A stretch of 64,000 bases of DNA from a bacterium. Lineage in GTDB: Bacteria; SM23-31. The notes below the pieces were generated by a model. It ran no database searches. It was given only the letters and a program-made list of their open reading frames with translations, and was not told the origin of the DNA. The translations under genes were made by a program, and so were the position numbers. Shown one piece after another: positions 52,313-63,432 of this stretch. Where the stretch lies: positions 864,001 to 928,000 of the forward strand of contig OZ252239.1 in NCBI GenBank assembly GCA_965249485.1, in the 5' to 3' direction. Positions within the stretch are counted from its first letter, which is position 1. Each line of letters begins with the position of its first letter.

Positions 52313-54082
52313 ATGAAAACAGCAGCATTTAAAAAAACAGGCTCTCGTAAAGCTAATCCACTGGATGAAATTGACGGTGGCGAAATACAGGGCGAGTACA
52401 AAAAACTTTCTGGCGGGGAGATTTTCGTAGAATCACTCCTGGCTGAAGGTGTCGACACGGTATTTGGGTATCCCGGAGGTGTCGTCCTCGGTTTATACGA
52501 CGTGCTTTTCAATCGTCCCGAATTGCGGCATATACTTGTCCGTCATGAATGTGGTGGAACATTCGCAGCCGACGGATATGCGCGGGCAACCGGAAAACCG
52601 GGCGTTGTTCTCGTCACATCCGGACCTGGTGCAACAAATACGATTACCGGAATAACTTCCGCATTTATGGATTCGGTCCCAATTGTCGTATTTACCGGAC
52701 AGGTTGTTGCGAGTATGATCGGCAATGACGCTTTTCAGGAAGCCGACATGATCGGATTGTCAAGGCCGATCACCAAACACAGCTACCTCGTCAAAGATTC
52801 GAGTCAGCTCGCACAAATTATTAAAGAGGCATTTTTCATTGCAACTTCTGGCAAACCGGGACCAGTTGTGATCGATATGCCGAAGGATATGCTCAATGAT
52901 ATTTGTGAGTATGTAGAGCCCTCTCAGAAGATTGAAATCCGTGGTTATAATCCGAAGATTTTAGGAAATGTCCGTCAGATCAAGCGTGCCTCAAACCTCA
53001 TAAAAAATGCAAAGCGGCCAGTGTTCTATGTCGGTGGAGGTGTCATTAATGCAAATGCCACCGAAGAATTGAAAGCAGTCATCGAAAAAAGTTCTGTTCC
53101 GGTTACGACAACTTTGCTTGGTCTTGGTGCTTTTCCCGAAAGTTCTCCGTTTGCACTCGGAATGCTCGGAATGCACGGAACATGGTATGCGAATACGGCA
53201 GTCGATCAATGTGATCTGCTTATTGCGGTCGGAGCCAGGTTCGACGACAGAATTACCGGAAGACTTGATAAATTTTCTCAAGAATCGAAAAAAATTCATA
53301 TTGACATCGATCCGTCTTGTATCGGTAAAAATGTTCCGGTTGACGTTCCGATTGTGGGCGATGCAAAGAAGATTTTGGCAGTGTTAGTCGATTACATCGA
53401 AAAACCGGATATAGCAGACTGGAAAGCAACGATTGACAAATGGAAAGAAGAGCATCCGCTTAAATGTGATCAGATTGGTGATGAAATTTTACCCCAGTAT
53501 ATGGTCAGAAAAATTTCAGAGGTGACAAAAGGTGAAGCAATCGTTGTAACCGACGTTGGCCAACACCAGATGTGGACAGCCCAACACTACACCTTTAATC
53601 ATCCCCGGTCGCATATAACATCTGGCGGTTTGGGATCGATGGGCTTCGGATTCCCGGCAGCAATGGGGGCCGCAGTCGGCTGTCCTGACAGGAGGGTTGT
53701 CTGTATTACCGGTGATGCAGGTTTTCAGATGAGCATGTACGAACTGGCTACCGCCGTTCATTATAAAATACCTGTCATCATTGCAATAATGAACAACGGA
53801 TACCTTGGTATGGTGAGGCAGTGGCAGGAGCTATTCTTCGGCGGCCGTTACTCACATTCCGATCTCGATCAGAGCAACCCCGATTTTGTGAAACTTGCCG
53901 AAAGCTTCGGAGCGGTCGGTATGCGGGTTTCAAAACCGGATGAACTGGAAGGTTTTCTGAGGAAAGCGTTAAAAGTAAAAGACAAGCCGGTTGTTCTCGA
54001 TATCGTTGTGAAACGAGAGGAGAACTGTTATCCAATGATACCGGCGGGTGGTGCGGCGGCCGATATGGTCGAAAATGATTAG
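52313..54082 (+). CDS. ilvB: Acetolactate synthase large subunit
   Basis: FGYPGG, RHE, TSGPGATN, DAFQE, GMLGMHG, DVGQHQMW, GDA, NNGYLGMVRQWQ. Confidence 0.97.
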   Translation: MKTAAFKKTGSRKANPLDEIDGGEIQGEYKKLSGGEIFVESLLAEGVDTVFGYPGGVVLGLYDVLFNRPELRHILVRHECGGTFAADGYARATGKPGVVLVTSGPGATNTITGITSAFMDSVPIVVFTGQVVASMIGNDAFQEADMIGLSRPITKHSYLVKDSSQLAQIIKEAFFIATSGKPGPVVIDMPKDMLNDICEYVEPSQKIEIRGYNPKILGNVRQIKRASNLIKNAKRPVFYVGGGVINANATEELKAVIEKSSVPVTTTLLGLGAFPESSPFALGMLGMHGTWYANTAVDQCDLLIAVGARFDDRITGRLDKFSQESKKIHIDIDPSCIGKNVPVDVPIVGDAKKILAVLVDYIEKPDIADWKATIDKWKEEHPLKCDQIGDEILPQYMVRKISEVTKGEAIVVTDVGQHQMWTAQHYTFNHPRSHITSGGLGSMGFGFPAAMGAAVGCPDRRVVCITGDAGFQMSMYELATAVHYKIPVIIAIMNNGYLGMVRQWQELFFGGRYSHSDLDQSNPDFVKLAESFGAVGMRVSKPDELEGFLRKALKVKDKPVVLDIVVKREENCYPMIPAGGAAADMVEND

Positions 54083-54128
54083 CGAATAAATTGACAGTTA
54101 TACAATTTAAAAATGTGGAGCGGGCAAC

Positions 54129-54635
54129 GTGAAACATACAATATCATTATTAGTTGAGCAGCATTTCAATGCTCTCGCCAGGATAATCGGGATGTTTACC
54201 GGACGAGGTTTCGAAATTGACAGCATCAGTTTCGGTACTGCAGAAGAACCCGGAATCACCCGCGTAACATTGACAACATCGGGCGATGAGAGAATTATTG
54301 AGCAGATCACAAAGCAGCTGCATAAACTCGTGGATGTCATCAAGGTTACCGATTTGACCTACGAGCCCTATGTAGAGCGTGAACTTGCGTTGATTAAGGT
54401 TTCTGCAAATCAGAAAAACCGCCTTGAGATCATGCAGGTTGTCGATGTGTTTCGGGGTACTATTATCGACATCAGTCAAAATTCACTAACGATAGAAATA
54501 ACCGGAAAAGCCGACAAAGTCAATGCGGCTACTGAAATGCTCGATCAGTTCGGACTCCTTGAAGTTGCACGTACCGGGAGTGTTGCATTAAAGAGAGAAT
54601 ATCAGGGAATGAGACTAAAAGAAAAAGCAGGATAA
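54129..54635 (+). CDS. ilvN: Acetolactate synthase small subunit
   Basis: ACT domain; IEQITKQLHKLVDVIKV, ERELALIKV, EVARTG. Confidence 0.95.
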   Translation: MKHTISLLVEQHFNALARIIGMFTGRGFEIDSISFGTAEEPGITRVTLTTSGDERIIEQITKQLHKLVDVIKVTDLTYEPYVERELALIKVSANQKNRLEIMQVVDVFRGTIIDISQNSLTIEITGKADKVNAATEMLDQFGLLEVARTGSVALKREYQGMRLKEKAG

Positions 54636-54654
54636 ACGAGAGGAGTAACATAGT

Positions 54655-55650
54655 ATGAAATTGTATTACGAATCCGATGCAGATTTAGGGATACTCGACG
54701 GAAAAACAACCGCTATAATCGGGTACGGAAGTCAGGGACACGCCCACGCATTGAATCTGAAAGACAGTGGTGCGAGTGTCATTGTCAGTGATCTGAAGGG
54801 AACACCGAACTGGAAAAAGGCTGAAGAAGACGGCTGGAATATTGTGGAGGTTGCCGAAGCTGCAAAACAGGCAGACATCATCTTGATTCTGGTGCCAGAT
54901 CAATATCAGGCCGAGCTATTCGAAAACGAAATAAAGCAGCACCTCGAACCTGGAAATTCTCTGGTGTTTGCGCACGGATTTAATATCCATTTTAAAGGAA
55001 TTGTTCCTCCTGAGAATGTAGATGTCTACATGATTGCACCGAAAGGACCGGGACATTTGGTACGGCGTGTCTATCAGGAGGGTGGTGGTGTACCGAGCCT
55101 GATCGCAATTTATCAGGACTTTACCGGTGAAGCAAAAAAGAAAGCACTTGCCCATGCAAAAGGTATTGGCGCCACACGTGCCGGTGTGATCGAAACGACA
55201 TTTAAAGAGGAAACAGAGACTGATTTATTCGGTGAGCAAACTGTCCTGTGCGGTGGTGTGTCGGAGCTCGTCAAAGCCGGATTTCAGACACTCGTCGACG
55301 CCGGATACCAGCCGGAAATCTGCTATTTCGAATGTCTTCATGAACTGAAACTCATCGTCGATCTTTTCTACGAAGGCGGCATCACGGGCATGTATTATTC
55401 AGTAAGTGATACGGCTGAATACGGCGGAATGGCAAAGGGAACGGATATTGTCAATGACGATACTAAAGCTCGCATGAAAGTAATACTCGAAAAAGTTCAG
55501 GATGGTTCGTTTGCGAGAGAATGGATCAAGGAGAGTAAAGACGGCCTTCCAAATCTCAAGAAACTCCGCAAAGAGCACGATGAGCTTTTGATAGAAAAAG
55601 TTGGCAATGAACTCAGACCCATGATGTCATGGATCAAAAAGGATAAATAG
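54655..55650 (+). CDS. ilvC: Ketol-acid reductoisomerase
   Basis: [43 protein letters not shown]. Confidence 0.98.
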   Translation: MKLYYESDADLGILDGKTTAIIGYGSQGHAHALNLKDSGASVIVSDLKGTPNWKKAEEDGWNIVEVAEAAKQADIILILVPDQYQAELFENEIKQHLEPGNSLVFAHGFNIHFKGIVPPENVDVYMIAPKGPGHLVRRVYQEGGGVPSLIAIYQDFTGEAKKKALAHAKGIGATRAGVIETTFKEETETDLFGEQTVLCGGVSELVKAGFQTLVDAGYQPEICYFECLHELKLIVDLFYEGGITGMYYSVSDTAEYGGMAKGTDIVNDDTKARMKVILEKVQDGSFAREWIKESKDGLPNLKKLRKEHDELLIEKVGNELRPMMSWIKKDK

Positions 55651-55654
55651 AGTA

Positions 55655-57277
55655 ATGCCTAATAAAAAAATTGAATTATTTGATACCACACTCCGTGACG
55701 GCACACAGGGAGAACGGGTCTCTTTTTCTGTTGAAGATAAAATACACATCGCGCAACGGCTCGACGATTTCGGTATAGATTTCATTGAGGGAGGCTGGCC
55801 GGGATCGAATCCACGAGATATTAATTTTTTCCAGAGTGTCAAGAGCAAAAGCTTCAAACATGCGAAAATAGTGGCATTCGGAAGCACCCGGCATAAATCG
55901 AACCGTGCAGATAATGATCCGAATCTCAAAGCAATGCTTGAAGCAGAAACTCCAGCAGTTTCGATTTTCGGAAAGTCATGGCTTCTCCATGTCGAAAAAG
56001 CGCTCAAAGCGGATCCTGAAGAGAATTTGAAAATGATTGAGGAGTCGGTCGGTTTCATACGTTCCGAAGGTAGAGATGTTATCTATGATGCTGAGCATTT
56101 TTTTGACGGGTACAAATCGGATCCGGACTATGCGATCAAAACACTTGCCGCTGCCGAGCGTGGGGGAGCGTATGTCCTCGTGCTCTGTGATACAAATGGC
56201 GGTTCTTCCACGTTTGAGATAGCGGATATAGTGGCAACGGTCAAAAAGAAACTTTCCACACCGCTCGGAATCCATACACATAACGACTCCGGTCTGGCTG
56301 TGGCTAACACACTCTACGCGGTCGAAAACGGTGCGGTGCATGTTCAGGGTACTGTCAACGGATACGGAGAACGGTGCGGGAATGCAAACCTTTGTACAAT
56401 CATACCGAATCTTCAATTGAAAATGGGATATAAATGTGTTTCTGAGAAAAAAATGGCGAAACTGACATCGCTATCGCGCTATGTTAGTGAAATCGCCAAT
56501 ATCACCCATGCGCGGAACCTCCCGTTTGTTGGAAAAAGCGCCTTCGCTCACAAAGGTGGTATACATGTGAGTGGTGTGATGCGCGATCCGCGTACCTACG
56601 AACATATTGAGCCTGAAACTGTCGGAAACGAGCGGAGAGTATTGGTGTCGGATCTTTCAGGAAAGAGCAATATTCAGTTCAAATCGGGAGAGTTGGGCAT
56701 CGACCTGTCGAAACATCAGGATAAAATTCCACAGATTATCGAACATCTCAAAGAACTTGAACATGCTGGTTATTCATATGAAGCGGCGGAAGGTTCGCTC
56801 GAATTGCTTGTCCGGCAGATAACCGGTGAATGGCGGAAATTTTTCGAATTGTGCGGATTCAGGATTCTGGTCGAAAAAGACGAATCGGGTGAGCCCCGGT
56901 CGGAAGCTACTATACGAATAAAGGTAGACGGCATCCCGGAGCACGTAGCAGCCGAAGGCAACGGACCGGTCCATGCGCTTGATTGCGCACTGCGAAAAAC
57001 ACTCATTAATTTCTACCCTGAAATTCAAAATATGAGTCTTTTCGATTATAAAGTCCGTGTTCTGAACCAAAAAGGCGGCACACAGTCCATCGTACGAGTA
57101 CTCATTGAATTCAAAGCCGATACGCTTTCGTGGGGCACCGTCGGCGTCTCCGAAAATATAATTGAGGCAAGCTGGCAGGCTTTGACTGATGGATATTCCT
57201 ATTTCCTGCTTAAGAACAAGGATATTCACTATACAAGAAAAGTGGGAAAAAAACAAAAAAATAAGGAAGTACAATAG
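55655..57277 (+). CDS. cimA: Citramalate synthase
   Basis: DTTLRDGTQ, IEGGWPGSNP, YDAEHFFDG, HTHND, AFAHKGGIH, WGTVGVS.NIIEASW. Confidence 0.93.
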   Translation: MPNKKIELFDTTLRDGTQGERVSFSVEDKIHIAQRLDDFGIDFIEGGWPGSNPRDINFFQSVKSKSFKHAKIVAFGSTRHKSNRADNDPNLKAMLEAETPAVSIFGKSWLLHVEKALKADPEENLKMIEESVGFIRSEGRDVIYDAEHFFDGYKSDPDYAIKTLAAAERGGAYVLVLCDTNGGSSTFEIADIVATVKKKLSTPLGIHTHNDSGLAVANTLYAVENGAVHVQGTVNGYGERCGNANLCTIIPNLQLKMGYKCVSEKKMAKLTSLSRYVSEIANITHARNLPFVGKSAFAHKGGIHVSGVMRDPRTYEHIEPETVGNERRVLVSDLSGKSNIQFKSGELGIDLSKHQDKIPQIIEHLKELEHAGYSYEAAEGSLELLVRQITGEWRKFFELCGFRILVEKDESGEPRSEATIRIKVDGIPEHVAAEGNGPVHALDCALRKTLINFYPEIQNMSLFDYKVRVLNQKGGTQSIVRVLIEFKADTLSWGTVGVSENIIEASWQALTDGYSYFLLKNKDIHYTRKVGKKQKNKEVQ

Positions 57278-57368
57278 CACTCATCAGCCGGGAATACAAA
57301 GTCGGAACTATTTTTACACAATAAGTATTCAACATGATGAGCATCCATGTATGTAAGGGGTAGCAAAC

Positions 57369-58547
57369 ATGAAGGATAAAGTATTAATATTTGATACAAC
57401 GTTGAGAGATGGCGAACAATCTCCCGGATTCAGTATGAATCTTGAAGAAAAAATCCGTCTTGCCCGGCAGTTGGAAAAACTGAATGTCGATATTATCGAA
57501 GCCGGATTTCCAATAGCATCCGAGGGTGATTTTCAGGCAATTCGGGAGGTTTCAAATATAGTGAGTACCTGTACTGTTGCTGGATTAAGCCGAACAAAAA
57601 AAGGTGACATTGAACGGGCATGGGAAGCACTGCAGCACGCGAAACGTCCACGCATCCACACCTTTATCGCAACATCGGATATCCATTTGAAATATAAATT
57701 GAGAAAATCCCGGGACGAAGTTATTAACGATGTCGGAGAGGGTGTCCGGCTGGCGAAAAGTCTCTGTGATGAGGTGGAGTATTCAGCAGAAGATGCCTCA
57801 CGGAGTGACCGCGATTATCTGTGTCGAGTCCTTGAAACAGCAATAGAAGCCGGTGCCGATATCCTGAATATTCCCGACACTGTCGGCTATACTACCCCGT
57901 GGGAGTACGGAAACCTGATTAAATATATTACGGAAAACACGAAAAATATCGATAAAGCGATTATCAGTGTCCATTGCCACAACGATCTCGGTCTTGCAGT
58001 CGCGAACTCCCTTGCAGGCGTGCAAAATGGAGCACGGCAAATCGAATGTACCATGAATGGTATCGGTGAACGCGCGGGAAATGCTTCTCTCGAGGAACTC
58101 GTAATGGTCATGGAGACTCGGCAGCAGGAATTCGACTGCAGAACAGAAGTCAATGCAAAAGAAATTTTTCCAACGAGTGAGTTGCTTGCTGAAATCACGG
58201 GTATCGGAGTACAACCGAATAAGGCCATTGTCGGGAGCAATGCTTTTGCCCACGAAGCAGGAATACATCAGGATGGTGTGCTGAAAAATCCGTTGACGTA
58301 TGAAATTATGACACCACAGTCAGTCGGAGTTCCGAGCAACAAACTAGTTATAGGCAAGCACTCCGGAAGACATGCCATCAGTGCAAAATTGCAGGAAATG
58401 GGATTCAATCTTACGGACGAGATGCTGAATGCAATCTATAAAGAGGTGATGAAACTTTCAGACGCAAAAAAGGTTGTGCTTGACGGAGAATTAAAAAACA
58501 TTGCGACAGATGTCGTAATGAATAATAAAGAAACAATCGGAATGTAA
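57369..58547 (+). CDS. leuA: 2-isopropylmalate synthase, short form without the C-terminal allosteric domain
   Basis: [46 protein letters not shown]; 392 aa. Confidence 0.92.
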   Translation: MKDKVLIFDTTLRDGEQSPGFSMNLEEKIRLARQLEKLNVDIIEAGFPIASEGDFQAIREVSNIVSTCTVAGLSRTKKGDIERAWEALQHAKRPRIHTFIATSDIHLKYKLRKSRDEVINDVGEGVRLAKSLCDEVEYSAEDASRSDRDYLCRVLETAIEAGADILNIPDTVGYTTPWEYGNLIKYITENTKNIDKAIISVHCHNDLGLAVANSLAGVQNGARQIECTMNGIGERAGNASLEELVMVMETRQQEFDCRTEVNAKEIFPTSELLAEITGIGVQPNKAIVGSNAFAHEAGIHQDGVLKNPLTYEIMTPQSVGVPSNKLVIGKHSGRHAISAKLQEMGFNLTDEMLNAIYKEVMKLSDAKKVVLDGELKNIATDVVMNNKETIGM

Positions 58548-58811
58548 ATAATTCCTCTCTGCATCAATATTACAACCGCATTAGATTACTGAGGATGTCA
58601 AGCATACTGATCTATCAGTAACTGTATTCAAGAACAACTTCGTTTAACTTATATACTACCGGAAAAGCAACTTACACTTTGATTTTCTGGGTAAAGTTCG
58701 GTAATTTATTATGCTTTGCTTTACTAATTGATGTCCGGATGTGTTCTCCTGATTTTATTTCAGGAACGAGTAGCGAAATGGTTTTAAATCTATAAATATC
58801 GGAATATATAA

Positions 58812-60209
58812 ATGGGTAAGAATCTATTCAACAAAGTGTGGGACCTCCATACGGTAACAAAGCTTGAATCTGGCCAGACGCAGCTCTTTGTCGGTTTGCA
58901 CCTCATTCATGAGGTGACATCACCGCAGGCGTTTCAGATGCTCCGGGAACGGAATCTGAAAGTCCTCTATCCGGAGCGGACTTTTGCAACAGTAGATCAT
59001 ATCGTACCGACAACCTCGGTAAAGCGCCCCTATACCGACCTTCTTGCAGAAGAGATGATTGAGGCGATCGAAACAAATACGAACGAATTCGGTATCCGGT
59101 TTTTCAGTGTTGAATCAGGAGAGCAGGGGATTGTCCACGTGATCGGGCCTGAACTGGGTTTGACCCAGCCGGGAATGATCGTGACATGTGGCGATTCTCA
59201 CACGGCAACTCACGGTGCGTTCGGTGCCATCGCATTCGGAATTGGGACATCACAGGTTCGTGACGTACTCGCAACCCAGTCGATCATGATGAATAAACTG
59301 AAAGTCCGAAAAATCTCCGTGAACGGAACCCTTAGTAACGGCATCTATGCAAAAGATATTATTATTAAAATCATAGAGAAACTCGGTGTGAACGGCGGTA
59401 TCGGCCATGCCTATGAATATGCGGGAACCGCAATTGATCAGCTCAACATGGAAGAGCGGATGACCATCTGCAATATGAGTATTGAAGGTGGTGCGCGCTG
59501 TGGCTATGTCAATCCCGACCAGACAACATTTGATTACATCAAAGGCAGAAAATATGCTCCAAAAGGTGAAGCATTCGATTCAGCTGTCTCATTCTGGAAG
59601 TCGATTGCATCGGATTCTGACGCTCACTTCGATGATGAAGTGACATTCGATGCAGACGAGATCGAACCGATGGTAACCTGGGGTATCAATCCGGGACAGG
59701 CTATTCCAGTATCAAAGAGAATGCCGCTGCTCGACAATCTGGACATTAATGAGAGAGAGACTGCAGAGCTCGCCTATAAACATATGGGATTCGATGAAGG
59801 CCAGGCAATTAAGGGTGTCTCGATCGATGTTGCGTTTATCGGCTCGTGCACCAATAGCAGAATCTCCGATCTTCGGGAGGCCGCGAGAATAGTCGAGGGG
59901 AAAAAAGTCAATCCGAATGTACAGGCGCTGGTTGTTCCGGGATCGATTAAAGTAAAAGAACAAGCTGTCGAAGAAGGCCTCGACAAAATTTTTAGTGATG
60001 CCGGATTCGAATGGCGCGAAGCTGGTTGCTCTATGTGTTTAGCGATGAATCCCGACAAACTCCAGGGACGTGAACTGAGCGCTTCGTCGTCAAATAGAAA
60101 TTTTATCGGCCGACAGGGATCGCCGGTCGGAAGAACACTGCTTATGAGTCCTGCTATGGTAGCAGCGGCAGCAATACAAGGTGAGGTAGTCGATGTCCGA
60201 GAGTTTTAA
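58812..60209 (+). CDS. leuC: 3-isopropylmalate dehydratase large subunit
   Basis: [41 protein letters not shown]. Confidence 0.97.
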   Translation: MGKNLFNKVWDLHTVTKLESGQTQLFVGLHLIHEVTSPQAFQMLRERNLKVLYPERTFATVDHIVPTTSVKRPYTDLLAEEMIEAIETNTNEFGIRFFSVESGEQGIVHVIGPELGLTQPGMIVTCGDSHTATHGAFGAIAFGIGTSQVRDVLATQSIMMNKLKVRKISVNGTLSNGIYAKDIIIKIIEKLGVNGGIGHAYEYAGTAIDQLNMEERMTICNMSIEGGARCGYVNPDQTTFDYIKGRKYAPKGEAFDSAVSFWKSIASDSDAHFDDEVTFDADEIEPMVTWGINPGQAIPVSKRMPLLDNLDINERETAELAYKHMGFDEGQAIKGVSIDVAFIGSCTNSRISDLREAARIVEGKKVNPNVQALVVPGSIKVKEQAVEEGLDKIFSDAGFEWREAGCSMCLAMNPDKLQGRELSASSSNRNFIGRQGSPVGRTLLMSPAMVAAAAIQGEVVDVREF

Positions 60210-60798
60210 AATTCCACAGGTTACGGGAACGGCAGTTCCTGTTCGCGGTAATGATATTGACACCGACCGGATAATTCCGGCACGGTATCTAAAATGTGTG
60301 ACCTTTGATGGACTGGGTGAATTTGCATTCTATGATGTCCGCTATGATGAGAATAAAAATCCAACGGATCACCCTTTTAATGACGAGCGTTTTAGAGGGA
60401 GTTCTATCCTTCTTGTCAATAAGAATTTCGGCTGCGGTTCTTCCCGAGAACATGCGCCACAGGCGCTGCTCCGCTCTGGAATCAAAGCAATAATCGGAGA
60501 GAGTTTTGCCGAAATTTTCATTGGAAATTGCACAACGCTCGGTATTCCGGCGGTCACAGCATCGCGTGACGAAATTGAAAATCTGATGCAGTATATTGAA
60601 TCGCATCCCGATACAGAGGTTTCCATCAATCTCGAAAAGAAATCGGTCAGCTATGATAGTACAGTACTTTCGGTGGACTTGCCGGAACCTTCCCGTCTCG
60701 TGCTGGTTGGAGGAACATGGGATTCAACAGCACAACTGATCGGTAATAAGGAACAAATTGCGGAAACCGCGGAAACGATTCCATACCTAAACTGGTAA
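60193..60798 (+). CDS. leuD: 3-isopropylmalate dehydratase small subunit
   Basis: [27 protein letters not shown]. Confidence 0.97.
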   Translation: MSESFKIPQVTGTAVPVRGNDIDTDRIIPARYLKCVTFDGLGEFAFYDVRYDENKNPTDHPFNDERFRGSSILLVNKNFGCGSSREHAPQALLRSGIKAIIGESFAEIFIGNCTTLGIPAVTASRDEIENLMQYIESHPDTEVSINLEKKSVSYDSTVLSVDLPEPSRLVLVGGTWDSTAQLIGNKEQIAETAETIPYLNW

Positions 60799-60847
60799 CA
60801 AAATAGTTTTTGAATTTATAAAATTTATTAAGTAAATTTTACCTTTA

Positions 60848-60899
60848 TGTCATTTCGACCGAAGTCCCGATTTCAATCGGACTCGAGTGGAGAAATCTC
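60848..60899 (+). repeat. Dispersed REP-like repeat, copy 3
   Basis: TGTCATTTCGACCGAAGTCCCGATTTCAATCGGACTCGAGTGGAGAAATCTC with internal hairpin CCGATT/AATCGG. Confidence 0.65.
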
Positions 60900-60997
60900 A
60901 ACAATAATGCTCTTTATTTTCGTTAGAAAACCTCTACTAACCGTTTAAAATATAAAATAACGCACAAACTAACACGATTGACATTCGGAGGAAATGA

Positions 60998-62056
60998 ATG
61001 TACAAAATTGCAATTCTACCTGGTGACGGCACTGGACCGGAAGTGGTTGATGAAGCGGTCAAGGTTCTTGATGCTGTAGCAAAAAAATTTAATTTTAAAT
61101 ATGAATCCGAATCATACGATTTTGGCGGTGATCGCTACTTGAGTACTGGTGAAATCCTGCCCGATTCCGCAGTCGATGAATTAAGGCAATATGACGCAAT
61201 ACTACTGGGCGCGATCGGTCATCCCGATGTGAAACCGGGAATTCTCGAGAAGGGAATTTTACTCCGGCTCAGATTCGAGCTTGACCAGTATATCAATCTT
61301 CGCCCGGTGAAGCTCTATCCTGGCGTTGAAACACCAATCAAGGACAAAGGCCCGGACGATATCGATTTTGTCGTTGTGCGTGAAAATACCGGCGGTCTTT
61401 ACACTGGTGTCGGTGGAATTTCAATGATCGGTACAAAAGACGAAATCGCTATCCAGTCGATGGTGTATAATAGATTTCAGGTCGACCGTTGTCTCAAATA
61501 TGCTTACGAATACACCAAAAAGCGAAAAAAGACCATGACGCTCGGCCTATGTGGTAAGACAAATGTGCTCACGTATGTATACGATCTGTGGGAACGTGCT
61601 TTCCATGAGATGGGTGAAAAGGATTATCCTGATATCAAACGTGATTATTACCATGTGGATGCAGTCACTATGTGGATGGTTAAAAACCCTGAGTGGTTCG
61701 ATGTCATTGTTACCGGCAATATGTTCGGTGATATCATTACCGATCTCGGCGCTATGGTACAGGGTGGAATGGGAATCGCTGCCGGCGGCAATATTAATCC
61801 TGAAGGAGTTTCGATGTTCGAACCAATCGGCGGTTCCGCTCCGAAATACACCGGACAGAATATCATCAATCCACTTGCGGCAATATCATGTGTCGATATG
61901 ATGCTCCGCCATCTTGGAGAAGAAGAGGCAGGGAAAGCAATTGAACAGGCCATTATAACACTGACAAAAGATAAATTGAAAAGTCTTGCTGCCGGCCTTA
62001 TGGGTTATTCGACAACTGAAGTCGGCGATATGGTTGCCGAAATTGCCGTGCAATAA
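60998..62056 (+). CDS. leuB: 3-isopropylmalate dehydrogenase
   Basis: PGDGTGPEV, NLRPVK, VRENT, NMFGDIITD, FEPIGGSAP; operon context. Confidence 0.93.
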   Translation: MYKIAILPGDGTGPEVVDEAVKVLDAVAKKFNFKYESESYDFGGDRYLSTGEILPDSAVDELRQYDAILLGAIGHPDVKPGILEKGILLRLRFELDQYINLRPVKLYPGVETPIKDKGPDDIDFVVVRENTGGLYTGVGGISMIGTKDEIAIQSMVYNRFQVDRCLKYAYEYTKKRKKTMTLGLCGKTNVLTYVYDLWERAFHEMGEKDYPDIKRDYYHVDAVTMWMVKNPEWFDVIVTGNMFGDIITDLGAMVQGGMGIAAGGNINPEGVSMFEPIGGSAPKYTGQNIINPLAAISCVDMMLRHLGEEEAGKAIEQAIITLTKDKLKSLAAGLMGYSTTEVGDMVAEIAVQ

Positions 62057-62073
62057 ATCGTACTTTTAGAAAT

Positions 62074-62106
62074 GCAGGTCGTTACATGACCTGCGCTGTT
62101 TTTTTT
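62074..62106 (+). terminator. Rho-independent terminator after leuB
   Basis: GCAGGTC-GTTACAT-GACCTGC, then GCTG and T8. Confidence 0.65.
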
Positions 62107-62132
62107 CACATCACCTGCCTTACTGTTATGCA

Positions 62133-63098
62133 ATGAGCAATCCCTCACTGACATTGGAAGATTTTCACAATGCCCGTTCCCGGATATCGGAAAGTCTCCA
62201 CTATACCCCCGTTCAGAGCGCAACACTGATTGGCCGGGAAATGGGAATCAAGCTTTTTCTCAAATGCGAAAATTTCCAAAAAACCGGTTCCTTCAAGGTA
62301 AGAGGTGTGCTGAATACCGTTCTCGGACTTGGTTCCGGTGCTCGTGAAAATGGTGTTATCACCGTTTCTGCCGGGAACCATGCTCAAGCGCTTGCATGGG
62401 CGGCACAGAAAGCAGAAATCTCCTGCACCGTCGTCATGCCTGATCATGCACAGCAGACTAAAATCGATGCTAGTAAGGGATACGGCGCCGAAGTCATTCT
62501 GCACGACAGTATGATGACTCTTTTCGAACGGGCACACGCTATCGCCGAAGAACGAAATCTCACTTTCATCCATCCATTCGATGCAGAATCAATCGTTGCC
62601 GGACACGGAACTGCCGGTCTCGAAATTCTCGAGCAGGTCGATGATATCGACGTCATCGTTGTTGCTGTTGGTGGTGGAGGTTTAATATCCGGCATTGCAA
62701 CAGCTGTTAAACTCAGGAATCCGAAAATAAAAATTTACGGTGTCGAACCCGTCGGTGCAGACGTGATGCGCCGCAGTCTCGACGCCGGAAAAGCGGTGAA
62801 AATCGAAACGGTTGATACAATTGCCGATGGGCTCGCTGCCCCGCTTGCCGGAGAATTGAATTATGCTCTGGTTAAAGAACATGTCGAGGATGTTGTCCTC
62901 ATTCAAGACAGTACAATCATTGAAGCAATGAACCTCCTGTTGACACGGTGCAAACTGCTTGCTGAACCCGCAGGTGCTGCGCCGCTTGCAGCACTCCGTT
63001 CCGGTGCCATCCCCTTCAAAAAAAATGACAGAGTAGTCGTTGTTATAAGCGGCGGAAATATCGACGCAGATCGGCTTGCAACCTATCTATCTCAATGA
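62133..63098 (+). CDS. Threonine/serine dehydratase (PLP), catalytic domain only
   Basis: KCENFQKTGSFKVRG, SAGNHAQ, VGGGGL, TIADGL, ISGGN. Confidence 0.9.
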   Translation: MSNPSLTLEDFHNARSRISESLHYTPVQSATLIGREMGIKLFLKCENFQKTGSFKVRGVLNTVLGLGSGARENGVITVSAGNHAQALAWAAQKAEISCTVVMPDHAQQTKIDASKGYGAEVILHDSMMTLFERAHAIAEERNLTFIHPFDAESIVAGHGTAGLEILEQVDDIDVIVVAVGGGGLISGIATAVKLRNPKIKIYGVEPVGADVMRRSLDAGKAVKIETVDTIADGLAAPLAGELNYALVKEHVEDVVLIQDSTIIEAMNLLLTRCKLLAEPAGAAPLAALRSGAIPFKKNDRVVVVISGGNIDADRLATYLSQ

Positions 63099-63275
63099 CT
63101 TACACACCTTAACCTGAATAATAGCACAATCCCCATTCGGAATTTTAACTTGACTTCACTGTCTTAAATCCGTAAGTTCAACCTTATTTTTTTAATTCAT
63201 GTATTACTTTTGCTCTCTTGAGTTTTCCTATTGAACCGCACATTATTATTGATTAATTAATATCGCAATGAAAAA

Positions 63276-63299
63276 CATTTCGACCGAGGTTTCTGATTT
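63276..63299 (+). repeat. Partial copy of the dispersed repeat
   Basis: CATTTCGACCGAGG...TGATTT matches the 5' half of the 60848 copy. Confidence 0.4.
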
Positions 63300-63432
63300 T
63301 CTTAAAGAAAAATAGGGCATAAGCTATATTCCTTTTGCAAATAATCAGGATTATTTGTTAATGTAATCTCATTTTTATTAAAAAATAAGGTAATTAGGTT
63401 ATTTCCGACCCAAGTATTATATTATATTTGGT

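Noticed and set aside
1102..62906. Numerous short overlapping or antisense ORFs in the track (e.g. 1230-1739, 16236-16826, 35111-35710, 38641-39225, 56774-57280)
   Set aside because: They overlap well-supported genes and have no recognisable motifs or RBS.
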